Source: Eledone cirrhosa
Taxonomy: Eukaryota
DNA length: 64,000 nt
NCBI GenBank assembly: GCA_964016885.1
Contig: OZ024741.1
Span: 257,672,001-257,736,000, forward strand
Direction of reading: 5' to 3'
Every line of letters starts with the position of its first letter. Within the stretch, counting starts at the first letter, position 1. The position numbers and the translations under genes are program-made. Below the pieces are notes generated by a model. The model did not search any database, was not told the origin of the DNA, and worked only from the letters and a program-made list of their open reading frames with translations. Below, in pieces: positions 1 through 15,000 of the stretch.

Positions 1-3000
1 CTACCTTGCCTCTGACATCACCATCCTCTACAACACCGAGGAAGTCTACCTTGCCTCTGACAACACCATCCTCTACCCCACCGAGGAAGTCTACCTTGCC
101 TCTGTCAACACCATCCTCTACCCCACCGAGGAAGTCTACCTTGCCTCTGACATCACCATCCTCTACCCCACCGAGGAAGTCTACTTTGCCTCTGACATCA
201 CCATCCTTTACCCCACCGAGGAAGTCTACCTTGCCTCTGACAACACCATCCTCTACCCCACTGAGGAAGTCTACCTTGCCTCTGGTGACACGATCCTCTA
301 CCTCACCGAGGAAGACTAAATTGCCTGTGACAACACCATCCTCTACCCCACCGAGGAAGTCTACCTGGCCTCTGACAACACCATCCTCTATCCCACCGAG
401 GAAGTCTACCTTGCCTCTGGTGACACCATCCTCTACACCACCGAGGAAGTCTAACTTGCCTCTGTCAACACCATCCTCTACATCACCGAGGAAGTCTACC
501 TTGGCTCTGACAACACCATCCTCTACCCCACCGAGGAAGCCTACCTTGCCTCTGACAACACCATACTCTACCTCACCGAGGAAGTCTACCTTGCCTCAGT
601 CAACACCATCCTCTACCCCACCGAGGAAGTCTACATTGCCTCTGACAACACCATCTTCTGCCCCGCCAAGGAAGTCTACATTGCCTCTGGTGAAAACATC
701 CTCTACCCCACCGAGGAAGTCTACCTTGCCTCAGTCAACACCATCCTCTACCCCACCAAGGAAGTCTACCTTGCCTTTTGTTAAAAGATCCTCTACCCCA
801 ACGAGGAAGTCTACCTTGCCTCTGATGACACCATCCTCTACCCCACCGAGAAAGTCAACCTTGCCTCTGATGACACCATCCTCTACCCCACCGTGGAAGT
901 CAACCTTGCCTCTGTCAACACCATCCTCTACTCCACCGAGGAAGTCTACCTTGCCTCTGGTTAAACCATCCTCTACCCCAACGAGGAAGTCTAACTTGCC
1001 TCTGACAACACCATCCTTTACCCCACCAAGGAAGTCTACTTTGCCTCTATTGACACCATCCTCTACCCCACCGAGGAAGTCTACCTTGCCTCTGACAACA
1101 CCATCCTCTACCCCACCGAGGAAGTCTACCTCGCCTCTGTCAACACGATCTTCTACCCCACCGAGGAAGTCTACCTTGCCTCTGACAACACCATCCTCTA
1201 CCTTACCGAAGAAGTTACCTTGCCTCTGTTAACACCATCTTCTACCCCACCGAGGAAGTCTGCCTTGCCTCAATCAAAACCATCCTCTACCCCACCAAGG
1301 AAGTCTACCTTACCTCTGACAACACCATTCTCGACCTCACCGAGGAAGTCTACCATGCCTCTGACAACACCATCCTCTACCCCACCGAGGAAGTCTACCT
1401 TGCCTCTGACAACACCATCCTCTACCCCACCGAGGAATTCTACCTTGCCTCAGACAAAACCATCCTCTACCCCACCGAGAAAGTCTACCTTGCCTCTGTC
1501 AACACCATCCTCTACCTCACCGAGAAAGTCTACTTTGCCTCTGGTGACACCATCCTCTACCCTGCCGAGGAAGTCTACCTTGCCTCTGGTGACACCATCC
1601 TCTACCCCACTGAGGAAGTCTACCTTGCCTCTGTCAACACCATCCTCTACCCCACCGAGGAAGTCTACCTTGCCTCTGTCAACAACATCCTCTACCCCAC
1701 CGAGGAAGTCTACCTTGCCTCTGACAACACCATACTCTACCCCACCGAGGAAGTCTACCTTGCCTCTGTCAACACCATCCTCTACCCCACCGAGGAAGTT
1801 TACCTTGCCTCTGTCAACACCATCCTCTACCTCACCGAGGAAGTCTACCTTGCCTCTGACAACACCATCCTCTACCCCACCGAGGAAGTCTACCTTGCCT
1901 CTGTCAACACCATCCTCTACCCCACCGAGGAAGTCTACCTTGCCTCTGTCAACACGATCCTCTACCCCACCGAGGAAGTCTACCTTGCCTCTGTCAACAC
2001 CATCCTCTACCCCACCGAGGAAGTCTACCTTGCCTCTGTCAACACCATCCTCTACCTCAGCGAGGAAGTCTACCTAGCCTCTGACAACACCATCCTCTAC
2101 CCCACCGAGGAAGTCTACCTTGCCTCTGACAACACCATACTCTAACTCACCGAGGAAGTCTACCTTGCCTCTGACATCACCATCTTCTACCCCACCGAGG
2201 AAGTCTACCTTGCCTCTGTCAACACCATCCTCTACCTCACCGAGGAAGTCTACCTTGCCTCTGACATCACCATCCTCTACCCCACCGAGGAAGTCTACCT
2301 TGCCTCTGACAACACCATACTCTACCTCACCGAGGAAGTCTACCTTGCCTCTGACATCACCTTCCTCTACCCCACCGAGGAAGTCTACCTTGCCTCTGTC
2401 AACACCATCCTCTACCTCACCGAGGAAGTCTACCTAGCCTCTGACAACACCATCCTCTACTCCACCGAGGAAGTCTACCTTGCCTCAGTCAACACCATCC
2501 TCTTCCCCACCGAGGAAGTCAACCTTGCCTCTGTCAACACCATCCTCTACCCCACCGAGGAAGTCTACCTTGCCTCTGACATCACCATCCTCTACCCCAC
2601 CGAGGAAGTCTACCTTGCCTCTGGTTAAACCATCCTCTACCCCAACGAGGAAGTCTACCTTGCCTCTGTCAACACCATCCTCTACCCCACTGAGGAAGTC
2701 AACCTTGCCTCTGATGACACCATCCTCTACCCCACCGAGGAAGTCAACCTTGCCTCTGTCAACACCATCCTCTACCCCACCGAGGAAGTGTACCTTGCCT
2801 CTGACATCACCATCCTCTACCCCACCGAGGAAGTCTACCTTGCCTCTGACATCACCATCCTCTACAACACCGAGGAAGTCTACCTTGCCTCTGACAACAC
2901 CATCCTCTACCCCACCGAGGAAGTCTACCTTGCCTCTGTCAACACCATCCTCTACCCCACCGAGGAAGTCTACCTTGCCTCTGACATCACCATCCTCTAC

Positions 3001-6000
3001 CCCACCGAGGAAGTCTACCTTGCCTCTGACATCACCATCCTTTACCCCACCGAGGAAGTCTACCTTGCCTCTGACAACACCATCCTCTACCCCACTGAGG
3101 AAGTCTACCTTGCCTCTGGTGACACGATCCTCTACCTCACCGAGGAAGACTAAATTGCCTGTGACAACACCATCCTCTACCCCACCGAGGAAGTCTACCT
3201 GGCCTCTGACAACACCATCCTCTATCCCACCGAGGAAGTCTACCTTGCCTCTGGTGACACCATCCTCTACACCACCGAGGAAGTCTAACTTGCCTCTGTC
3301 AACACCATCCTCTACATCACCGAGGAAGTCTACCTTGCCTCTGACAACACCATCCTCTACCCCACCGAGGAAGTCTACCTTGCCTCTGACAACACCATAC
3401 TCTACCTCACCGAGGAAGTCTACCTTGCCTCAGTCAACACCATCCTCTACCCCACCGAGGAAGTCTACATTGCCTCTGACAACACCATCTTCTACCTCAC
3501 CGAGGAAGTCTACCTTGCCTCTGTCAACACCATCCTCTACCCCACCGAGGAAGTCTAACTTGCCTCTGTCAACACCATCCTCTACCCCGCCGAGGAAGTC
3601 TACCTTGCCTCTGTCAACACCATCCTCTACCCTACCGAGGATATCTACCTTGCCTCTGACAACACCATCCTCTACCCCACCGAGGAAGCCTACCTTGCCT
3701 CTGTCAACACCATCTTCTACCCCGCCAAGGAAGTCTACATTGCCTCTGGTGAAAACATCCTCTACCCCACCGAGGAAGTCTACCTTGCCTCTGTCAACAC
3801 CATCCTCTACCCCGCCAAGGAAGTCTACCTTGCCTCTGGTGAAAACATCCTCTACCCCACCGAGGAAGTCTACCTTGCCTCAGTCAACACCATCCTCTAC
3901 CCCACCAAGGAAGTCTACCTTGCCTTTTGTTAAAAGATCCTCTACCCCAACGAGGAAGTCTACCTTGCCTCTGATGACACCATCCTCTACCCCACCGAGA
4001 AAGTCAACCTTGCCTCTGATGACACCATCCTCTACCCCACCGTGGAAGTCAACCTTGCCTCTGTCAACACCATCCTCTACTCCACCGAGGAAGTCTACCT
4101 TGCCTCTGGTTAAACCATCCTCTACCCCAACGAGGAAGTCTAACTTGCCTCTGACAACACCATCCTTTACCCCACCAAGGAAGTCTACTTTGCCTCTATT
4201 GACACCATCCTCTACCCCACCGAGGAAGTCTACCTTGCCTCTGACATCACCATCCTCTACCCCACCGAGGAAGTCTACCTTGCCTCTGACATCACCATCC
4301 TCTACCCCACCGAAGAAGTCTACCTTGCCTCTGACAACACCATCCTCTACCCCACCGAGGAAGTCTACCTTGCCTCTGACAACACCATCCTCTACCCCAC
4401 CGAGGAAGTCTACCTTGCCTCTGTCAACACCTACCTCTACCTCACCGAGGAAGTCTAACTTGCCTGTGATAACACCATCCTCTACCCCACCGAGGAAGTC
4501 TACCTTGCCTCTGACAACACCATCCTCTACCCCACCGAGGAAGTCTACCTAGCCTCTGTCAACACGATCTTCTACCCCACCGAGGAAGTCTACCTTGCCT
4601 CTGACAACACCATCCTCTACCTTACCGAAGAAGTTACCTTGCCTCTGTCTACACCATCTTCTTCCCCACAGAGGAAGTCTACCTTGCCACAATCAAAACC
4701 ATCCTCTACCCAACCGAGGAAGTCTACCTTGCCTCTAACAACACCATTCTCGACCTCACCGAGGAAGTCTACCTTGCCTCTGACAACACCATCCTCTACC
4801 CAACCGAGGAAGTCTACCTTGCCTCTAACAACACCATTCTCGACATCACCGAGGAAGTCTACCTTGCCTCTGACAACACCTACCTCTACCTCACCGAGGA
4901 AGTCTAACTTGCCTGTGATAACACCATCCTCTACCCCACCGAGGAAGCCTACCTTGCCTCTATCAACACCATCCTCTACCCTGCCGAGGAAGTCTACCTT
5001 GCCTCTGGTGAAAACATCCTCTACCCCACCGAGGAAGTCTACCTTGCCTCTGACAACACCATCCTCTACCCCACCGAGGAAGTCTACATTGCCTCTGTCA
5101 ACACCTACCTCTACCTCACCGAGGAAGTCTAACTTGCCTGTGATAACACCATCCTCTACCCTACCGAGGAAGCCTACCTTGCCTCTATCAACACCATCCT
5201 CTACCCTGCCGAGGAAGTCTACCTTGCCTCTGGTGAAAACATCCTCTACACCACCGAGGAAGTCTACCTTGCCTCTGTCAACACCATCCTCTACCTCACC
5301 GAGGAAGTCTACTTTGCCTCTGGTGACACCATCCTCTACCTCACCGAAGAAGTCTACCTTGCCTCTGTCCACAACATCCTCTACCCCACCGAGGAAGTCT
5401 ACCTTGCCTCTGGTTAAACCATCCTCTACCCCAACGAAGAAGTCTACCTTGCCTCTGATGACACCATCCTCTACCCCACCAAGGAAGTCAACCTTGCCTC
5501 TGATGACACCATCCTCTACCCCACCGAGGAAGTCAACCTTGCCTGTCAACACCATCCTCTACCCCACCGAGGAAGTCTACCTTGCCTCTGACATCACCAT
5601 CCTCTACCCCACCGAGGAACTCTACCTTGCCTCTGACATCACCATCCTCTAGCCCACCGAGGAAGTCTACCTTGCCTCTGACAACACCATCCTCTACCCC
5701 ACTGAGGAAGTCTACCTTGCCTCTGGTGACACGATCCTCTACCTCACCGAGGAAGTCTACCTTGCCTCTGACAACACCATCCTCTACCCCACCGAGGAAG
5801 CCTACCTTGCCTCTGTCAACACCATCCTCTACCCCACCGAGGAAGTCTACCTGGCCTCTGACAACACCATCCTCTACCCCACCGAGGAAGTCTACCTTGC
5901 CTCTGTCAACACCATCCTCTACCCCACCGAGGAAGTCTACCTTGCCTCTGTCAACACCATCCTCTACCTCACCGAGGAAGTCTACCTTGCCTCTAACAAC

Positions 6001-9000
6001 ACCATCCTCTACCCCACCGAGGAAGTCTACCTTGCCTCTGACAACACCATACTCTACCTCACCGAGGAAGTCTACCTTGCCTCTGTCAACACCATCCTCT
6101 ACCTCACCGAGGAAGTCTACCTTGCCTCTGTCAACACCATCCTCTACCCCGCCGAGGAAGTCTACCTTGCCTCTGTCAACACCATCCTCTACCCTACCGA
6201 GGATATCTACCTTGCCTCTGACAACACCATCCTCTACCCCACCGAGGAAGCCTACCTTGCCTCTGTCAACACCATCCTCTACCCCGCCAAGGAAGTCTAC
6301 CTTGCCTCTTGTTAAAAGATCCTCTACCCCAACGAGGAAGTCTACCTTGCCTCTGATGACACCATCCTCTAACCCACCGAGAAAGTCAACCTTGCCTCTG
6401 ATGACACCATCCTCTACCCCACCGTGGAAGTCAACCTTGCCTCTGTCAACACCATCCTCTACTCCACCGAGGAAGTCTACCTTGCCTCTGGTTAAACCAT
6501 CCTCTACCCCAACGAGGAAGTCTAACTTGCCTCTGACAACACCATCCTTTACCCCACCAAGGAAGTCTACTTTGCCTCTATTGACACCATCCTCTACCCC
6601 ACCGAGGAAGTCTACCTTGCCTCTGACATCACCATCCTCTACCCCACCGAGGAAGTCTACCTTGCCTCTGACATCACCATCCTCTACCCCACCGAGGAAG
6701 TCTACCTTGCCTCTGACATCACCATCCTCTACCCCACCGAGGAAGTCTACCTTGCCTCTGACATCACCATCCTCTACCCCACCGAAGAAGTCTACCTTGC
6801 CTCTGACAACACCATTCTCTACCCCACCGAGGAAGTCTACCTTGCCTCTGACAACACCATCCTCTACCCCACCGAGGAAGTCTACCTTGCCTCTGTCAAC
6901 ACCTACCTCTACCCCACTGAGGAAGTCTACCTTGCCTCTGGTGACACGATCCTCTACCTCACCGAGGAAGACTAAATTGCCTGTGACAACACCATCCTCT
7001 ACCCCACCGAGGAAGTCTACCTGGCCTCTGACAACACCATCCTCTATCCCACCGAGGAAGTCTACCTTGCCTCTGGTGACACGATCCTCTACCTCACCGA
7101 GGAAGTCTACCTTGCCTCTGACAACACCATCCTCTACCCCACCGAGGAAGCCTACCTTGCCTCTGTCAACACCATCCTCTACCCCACCGAAGAAGTTACC
7201 TTGCCTCTGTCTACACCATCTTCTTCCCCACATAGGAAGTCTACCTTGCCACAATCAAAACCATCCTCTACCCAACCGAGGAAGTCTACCTTGCCTCTAA
7301 CAACACCATTCTCGACCTCACCGAGGAAGTCTACCTTGCCTCTGACAACACCATCCTCTACCCAACCGAGGAAGTCTACCTTGCCTCTAACAACATCATT
7401 CTCGACATCACCGAGGAAGTCTACCTTGCCTCTGACAACACCTACCTCTACCTCACCGAGGAAGTCTAACTTGCCTGTGATAACACCATCCTCTACCCCA
7501 CCGAGGAAGCCTACCTTGCCTCTATCAACACCATCCTCTACCCTGCCGAGGAAGTCTACCTTGCCTCTGGTGAAAACATCCTCTACCCCACCGAGGAAGT
7601 CTACCTTGCCTCTGACAACACCATCCTCTACCCCACCGAGGAAGTCTACATTGCCTCTGTCAACACCTACCTCTACCTCACCGAGGAAGTCTAACTTGCC
7701 TGTGATAACACCATCCTCTACCCTACCGAGGAAGCCTACCTTGCCTCTATCAACACCATCCTCTACCCTGCCGAGGAAGTCTACCTTGCCTCTGGTGAAA
7801 ACATCCTCTACACCACCGAGGAAGTCTACCTTGCCTCTGGTTAAACCATCCTCTACCCCAACGAAGAAGTCTACCTTGCCTCTGATGACACCATCCTCTA
7901 CCCCACCAAGGAAGTCAACCTTGCCTCTGATGACACCATCCTCTACCCACCGAGGAAGTCAACCTTGCCTCTGTCAACACCATCCTCTAGCCCACCGAGG
8001 AAGTCTACCTTGCCTCTGACATCACCATCCTCTACCCCACCGAGGAACTCTACCTTGCCTCTGACATCACCATCCTCTAGCCCACCGAGGAAGTCTACCT
8101 TGCCTCTGACAACACCATCCTCTACCCCACTGAGGAAGTCTACCTTGCCTCTGGTGACACGATCCTCTACCTCACCGAGGAAGTCTACCTTGCCTCTGAC
8201 AACACCATCCTCTACCCCACCGAGGAAGCCTACCTTGCCTCTGTCAACACCATCCTCTACCCCACCGAGGAAGTCTACCTGGCCTCTGACAACACCATCC
8301 TCTACCCCACCGAGGAAGTCTACCTTGCCTCTGTCAACACCATCCTCTACCCCACCGAGGAAGTCTACCTTGCCTCTGTCAACACCATCCTCTACCTCAC
8401 CGAGGAAGTCTACCTTGCCTCTAACAACACCATCCTCTACTCCACCGAGGAAGTCTACCTTGCCTCTGACAACACCATACTCTACCTCACCGAGGAAGTC
8501 TACCTTGCCTCTGTCAACACCATCCTCTACCTCACCGAGGAAGTCTACCTTGCCTCTGTCAACACCATCCTCTACCCCGCCGAGGAAGTCTACCTTGCCT
8601 CTGACAACACCATCCTCTACCCCACCGAGGTAGTCTACCTTGCCTCTGGTGACACCATCCTCTACCCCACCGAGGAAGTCTACCTTGCCTCTGGTGACAC
8701 CATCCTCTACCCCACCGAGGAAGTCTACCTTGCCTCTGGTGACACCATCCTCTACACCACCGAGGAAGTCTACCTTGCCTCTAACAACACCATCCCCTAC
8801 CCCACCGAGGAAGTCTACCTTGCTTCTGTCAACACTATCCTCTACCCCACCGAGGAAGTCTACCTTGCCTCTGATGACACCATCCTCTACCCCACCGAGG
8901 AAGTCTACCTTGCCTCTGACATCACCATCCTCTACCCCACCGAAGAAGTCTACCTTGCCTCTGACAACACCATTCTCTACCCCACCGAGGAAGTCTACCT

Positions 9001-12000
9001 TGCCTCTGACAACACCATCCTCTACCCCACCGAGGAAGTCTACCTTGCCTCTGTCAACACCTACCTCTACCCCACTGAGGAAGTCTACCTTGCCTCTGTC
9101 AACACTATCCTCTACCCCACCGAGGAAGTCTACCTTGCCCCTGTCAACACCATCCTCTACCCTACCGAGGAAGTTTACCTTGCCACTGGTGACACCATCC
9201 TCTACCCCAACTAGGAAGTCTACCTTGCTTCTGTCAACACCATCCTCTACCCCACCGAGGAAGTCTACCTTGCCTCTGGTGACACCACCCTCTACCCCAC
9301 CGAGGAAGTCTACCTTGCCTCTGGTGAAACCATCCTCTACCCAACCAATGAAGTCTACCTTGCTTCTGTCAACACCATCATCTACCCCAACTATGAAGTC
9401 TACCTTGCCTCTGACAACACCATCCTCTACCCCACCAAGGAAGTCTACTTTGCCTATGTCAACAACATCCTCTACCCCACCGAGGAACTCTAACTTGCCT
9501 CTGATGACATCATCCTCTACCCCACCGAAGAAGTCTACCTTGCCTCTTTTAAACCCATCCTCTACCCCGCCATGGAAGTCTACTTTGCCTCTCACAACAC
9601 CATCCTCTACCCACCGAGGAATCTACATTGCCTCTGTCAATACCATCCTCTACCCCACTGAGGAAGTCTATTTGCCTCTTGTGACACTATCCTCTACCCC
9701 ACCGAGGAAGTCTACCTTGCCTCTGTCAACACCATCCTCTACCCCACCGAGGAAGTCTACTTACCTCTGGTGACACTATCCTCTACCCCGCCGAGGAAGT
9801 CTACCTTGCCTCTGATAACCCCATACTCTACCCCACCGTAGAAGTCTATCTTGCCTCTGACAACACCATCCTCTACCCCACCGAGGAAGTTTACCTTGCC
9901 TCTGTCAACACCATCCTCTACCCTACCGAGGAAGACTACCTTGCCTCTGGTGACACCATCCTCTAGCCCACCGAGGAATTCTACCTTGCCTCTGGTGTCA
10001 CCATCCTCTACCCCACCGAGGAAGTCTACCTTGCCTCAATCAACACCATCCTCTAGCCCAGCGAGTAAATCTACCTTGCCTCTGTCAACACCATCCTCTA
10101 TCTCACCGAGGAAGTCTACCTTGCCTCTGTCAACACGATCCTCTACCTCACCGACGAAGTCTACCTTGCCTCTGTCAACACCATCCTCTACCCCACCGAG
10201 GAAGTCTACCTTGCCTCTGTCAACACGATCCTCTACCTCACCGACGAAGTCTACCTTGCCTCTGATGACACCATCCTCTACCCCACCGAGGAAGTCTACC
10301 TTGCCTCAATCAACACCATCCTCTAGCCCAGCGAGTAAATCTACCTTGCCTCTGGTGACACCATCCTCTACCCCACCGAGGAAGTCTACCTTGCCTCTGA
10401 TGACACCACCCTCTACCCCACCGAGGAAGTCTACCTTGCCTCTGGTGAAACCATCCTCTACCCCAACTATGAAATCTACCTTGCCTCTGTCAACACGATC
10501 CTCTACCTCAACGAGGAAGTCTACCTTGCCTCTGACAACACCATCCTCTACCCCACCGAGGAAGCCTACCTTGCCTCTGTCAACACCATCCTCTACCCCA
10601 CCGAGGAAGTCTAGATTGCCTCTGATGACACCATCCTCTACCTCACCAAGGAAGTCTACCTTGCCTCTGATGACACCATCCCCTACCCCACCGAGTAAAT
10701 CTACCTTGCCTCTGTCAACACTATCCTCTACCCCACCGAGGAAGTCTACCTTGCCTCTGATGACACCATACTCTACCCCATCGAGGAAGTCTACCTTGCC
10801 TCTGGTGACACCATCCTCTAGCCCACCGAGGAAGTCTACCTTGCGTCTGGTGTCACCATCCTCTACCTCACCGAGGAAGTCTACCTTGCCTCTGGGGAAA
10901 CCATCCTCTACCCCACCTATGAAATCTACCTTGCCTCTGTCAACACGATCCTCTACCTCAACGAGGAAGTCTACCTTGCCTTTGGTGACACCTTCCTCTA
11001 CCCCACCGAGGAAGTCTACCTTGCCTCTGGTGACACCATCCTCTACCCCACCAAGGAAGTCTAGCTTGCCTCTGATGACACCATCCTCTACCTCACCGAG
11101 GAAGTCTACCTTGCCTCTGATGACACCATACCCTACCCCACCGAGTAAATCTACCATGCCTCTACTAACACCATCCTCTACATCACCGAGGAAGTCTACC
11201 TTGCCTCTGACAACACCATCCTCTACCCCACCTAGGAAGTCTACCTTGCTTCTGTCAACACCATCCTCTACCCCACCGAGGAAGTCTAACTTGCCTATGG
11301 TGACACTATCCTCTACCCCACATATGAAGTCTACCTTGCTTCTGTCAACACTATCCTCTACCCCACCGAGGAAGTCTACCTTGCCTCTGATGACACCATC
11401 CTCTACCCCACCAAGGAAGTCTACCTTGCCTCTACTAACACCATCCTCTACATCACCGAGGAAGTCTACCTTGCCTCTGTCAAGACCATCCTCTACCCCA
11501 CCGAGGAAGTCTAGCTTGCCTCTTCATCACCATCCTATACCCCACCGAGGAAGTCTAACTTGCCTCTGGCGACACCATCCTCAACCCCACCGAGGAAGTC
11601 TACCTTGCCTCTGTCAACACCATCCTCTACCCCACCGAGGAAGTCTAGCTTGCCTCTCTCATCACCATCCTATACCCCACCGAGGAAGTCTAACTTCCCT
11701 CTGGTGACACCATCCTCTACCCCACCGAGAAAGTCTACCTTGCCCTTGTCAACACCATCCTCTACCCCACCGAGAAAGTTTACCTTGCCTCTGGTGACAC
11801 CATCCTCTACCCCACCGAGGAAGTCTAACTTGCCTCTGTCAACACCATCATCCACACCACCGAGGAAGTCTACCTTGCCAATGGTGCCACCATCCCCTAC
11901 CCCACCGAGGAAGTCTACCTTGGCTCTGGTGTCACTATCCTCTACTCCACCGAGGAAGTTTACCTTGGTTCTGTTAACACCATCCTCTACCCCACCGAGG

Positions 12001-15000
12001 AAGACTACCTTGTCTCTGATAACACCATCCTCTACCCCACCGAGGAAGTCTACCTTGCCTCTGACAACAACATCCTCTACCCCACCGAGGAAGTCTACCT
12101 TGCCTCTGATGACACCATACTCTACCCCACCGAGGAAGTCAACCTTGCCTCTGTCAACACCATCCTCTACCCCACCGAGGAAGTCTATCTTGCCTCTGAC
12201 AACACCATCCTCTACCCCACCGAGGAAGTCAACCTTGCCTCTGTCAACACCATCCTCTACCCCACCGAGGAAGTCTAGATTGCCTCTGATGACACCATCC
12301 TCTACCTCACCAAGGAAGTCTACCTTGCCTCTGATGACACCATCCCCTACCCCACCGAGTAAATCTACCTTGCCTCCGTCAACACTATCCTCTACCCCAC
12401 CGAGGAAGTCTACCTTGCCTCTGATGACACCATACTCTACCCCATCGAGGAAGTCTACCTTGCCTCTGCTGACACCATCCTCTAGCCCACCGAGGAAGTC
12501 TACCTTGCGTCTGGTGTCACCATCCTCTACCTCACCGAGGAAGTCTACCTTGCCTCTGGGGAAACCATCCTCTACCCCACCTATGAAATCTACCTTGCCT
12601 CTGTCAACACGATCCTCTACCTCAACGAGGAAGTCTACCTTGCCTTTGGTGACACCTTCCTCTACCCCACCGAGGAAGTCTACCTTGCCTCTGGTGACAC
12701 CATCCTCTACCCCACCAAGGAAGTCTAGCTTGCCTCTGATGACACCATCCTCTACCTCACCGAGGAAGTCTACCTTGCCTCTGATGACACCATCCCCTAC
12801 CCCACCGAGTAAATCTACCTTGTCTCTGTCAACACCTTCCTCTATCCCACCGAGGATGTCAACCTTGCCTCTGTCAACACCATCCTCTACCGCACCGAGG
12901 AAGTCTACCTTTCCTCTGACAACACCATCCTCTACCCCACCCAGGATGTCTACCTTGCCGCTGTAACACCATCCTCTATCCCACCCACGAAGTCTACCTT
13001 GCCTCTAACAACACCATCCTCTACCCCACCGAGGATGTCAACCTAGCCTCTGTCAACACCATCCTCTACCCCACCGAGGAAGTCTACCTTGCCTCTGGCA
13101 ACACCATCCTCTACCCCACCGAGGAAGTCTACCTTGCCTCTGTTAACACCATCCACTACCCCACCGAGGAAGTCTACCTTGCCTCTAACAACACCATCCT
13201 CTACCCCACCGAGGATGTCAACCTTGCCTCTGTCAACACCATCCTCTACCCCACCGAGGAAGTCTATCTTGCCTCTGACAATACCATCCTCTACCCAACC
13301 GAGGAAGTCTACCTTGCCTATGTCAACACCATCCACTACCCCATCGAGGAAGTCTACCTTGCCTCTGGTGTCACCATCCTCTACCTCACCGAGGAAGTCT
13401 ACCTTGCCTCTGTCAACACCATCCTCTACCCCACCGAGAAAGTCTACCTTGCCTCTGTCAACACGATCCTCTACCTCACCGACGAAGTCTACCTTGCCTC
13501 TGTCAACACCATCCTCTACCCCACCGAGGAAGTCTACCTTGCCTCTGATGACACCATCCTCTACCCCACCGAGGATGTCTACCTTGCCTCACTCAACACC
13601 ATCCTCTACCCCACCGAGGTAGTCTACCTTGCCTCTGGTGACACCATCCTCTACCCCACCGTGGAAGTCTACCTTGCCTCTGGTGACACCATCCTCTACC
13701 CCACCGAGGAAGTCTACCTTGCCTCTGGTGACACCATCCTCTACACCACCGAGGAAGTCTACCTTGCCTCTAACAACACCATCCCCTACCCCACCGAGGA
13801 AGTTACCTTGCTTCTGTCAACACTATCCTCTACCCCACCGAGGAAGTCTACCTTGCCTCTGATGACACCATCCTCTACCCCACCGAGGAAGTCTACCTTG
13901 CCTCTGACAACACCATCCTCTACCCCACCTAGGAAGTCTACCTTGTGTCTGTCAACACCATCCTCTACCCCACCGAGGAAGTCTAACTTGCCTTTGGTGA
14001 CACCATCCTCTACCCCACCGAGGAAGTCTACCTTGCCTCTGTCAACACCATCCTCTACCCCACCGTGGAAGTCTAGCTTGCCTCTCTCATCATCATCCTC
14101 TACCCCACCGAGGAAGTCTAACTTGCCTCTTGTGATACCATCCTCTACCCCACCGAGGAAGTCTACCTTGCCCCTGTCAACACCATCCTCTACCCCACCG
14201 AGGAAGTTTACCTTGCCTCTGGTGACACCATCCTCTACCCCAACTAGGAAGTCTACCTTGCTTCTGTCAACACCATCCTCTACCCCACCGAGGAAGTCTA
14301 CCTTGCCTCTGGTGACACCATCCTCTACCCCACCGAGGAAGTCTACCTTGCCTCTGGTGACACCACCCTCTACCCCACCGAGGAAGTCTAGCTTGCCTCT
14401 GATGACACCATCCTCTACCCCACTGAGGAAGTCTACCTTGCCTCTGTCAACACTATCCTCTACCAGACCGAGGAAGTCTACCTTGCCTCTGATGACACCA
14501 TCCTCTACCCCACCGAGGAATTCTACCTTGCCTCTCTTAACACAATCCTGTACACCACCAAGGAAGTCTACCTTGCTTCTGTCAACACCATCCTCTACCC
14601 CATCGAGGAAGTCTACCTTGCTTCTGGTGAAACCATCCTCTACCCAACCAATGAAGTCTACCTTGCTTCTGTCAACATCATCATCTACCCCACCTATGAA
14701 GTCTACCTTGCCTCTGACAACACCATCCTCTACCCCACCAAGGAAGTCTACTTTGCCTATGTCCACAACATCCTCTAACCCACCGAGGAACTCTAACTTA
14801 CCTCTGATGACATCATCTTCTACCCCACCGAAGAAGTCTACCTTGCCTCTTTTAAACCCATCCTCTACCCCGACATGGAAGTCTACTTTGCCTCTCACAA
14901 CACCATCCTCTACCCACCGAGGAATCTACCTTGCCTCTGTCAATACCATCCTCTACCCCAGTGAGGAAGTCTATTTGCCTCTTGTGACACTATCCTCTAC

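Noticed and set aside
822-860. CTGATGA...GAAAGTC in some monomers, suggesting a satellite-encoded hammerhead
   Set aside because: No stem II can form directly between CTGATGA and GAAA, most monomers have GGAAG instead of GAAA, and the words are explained by the codons of the parent ORF.
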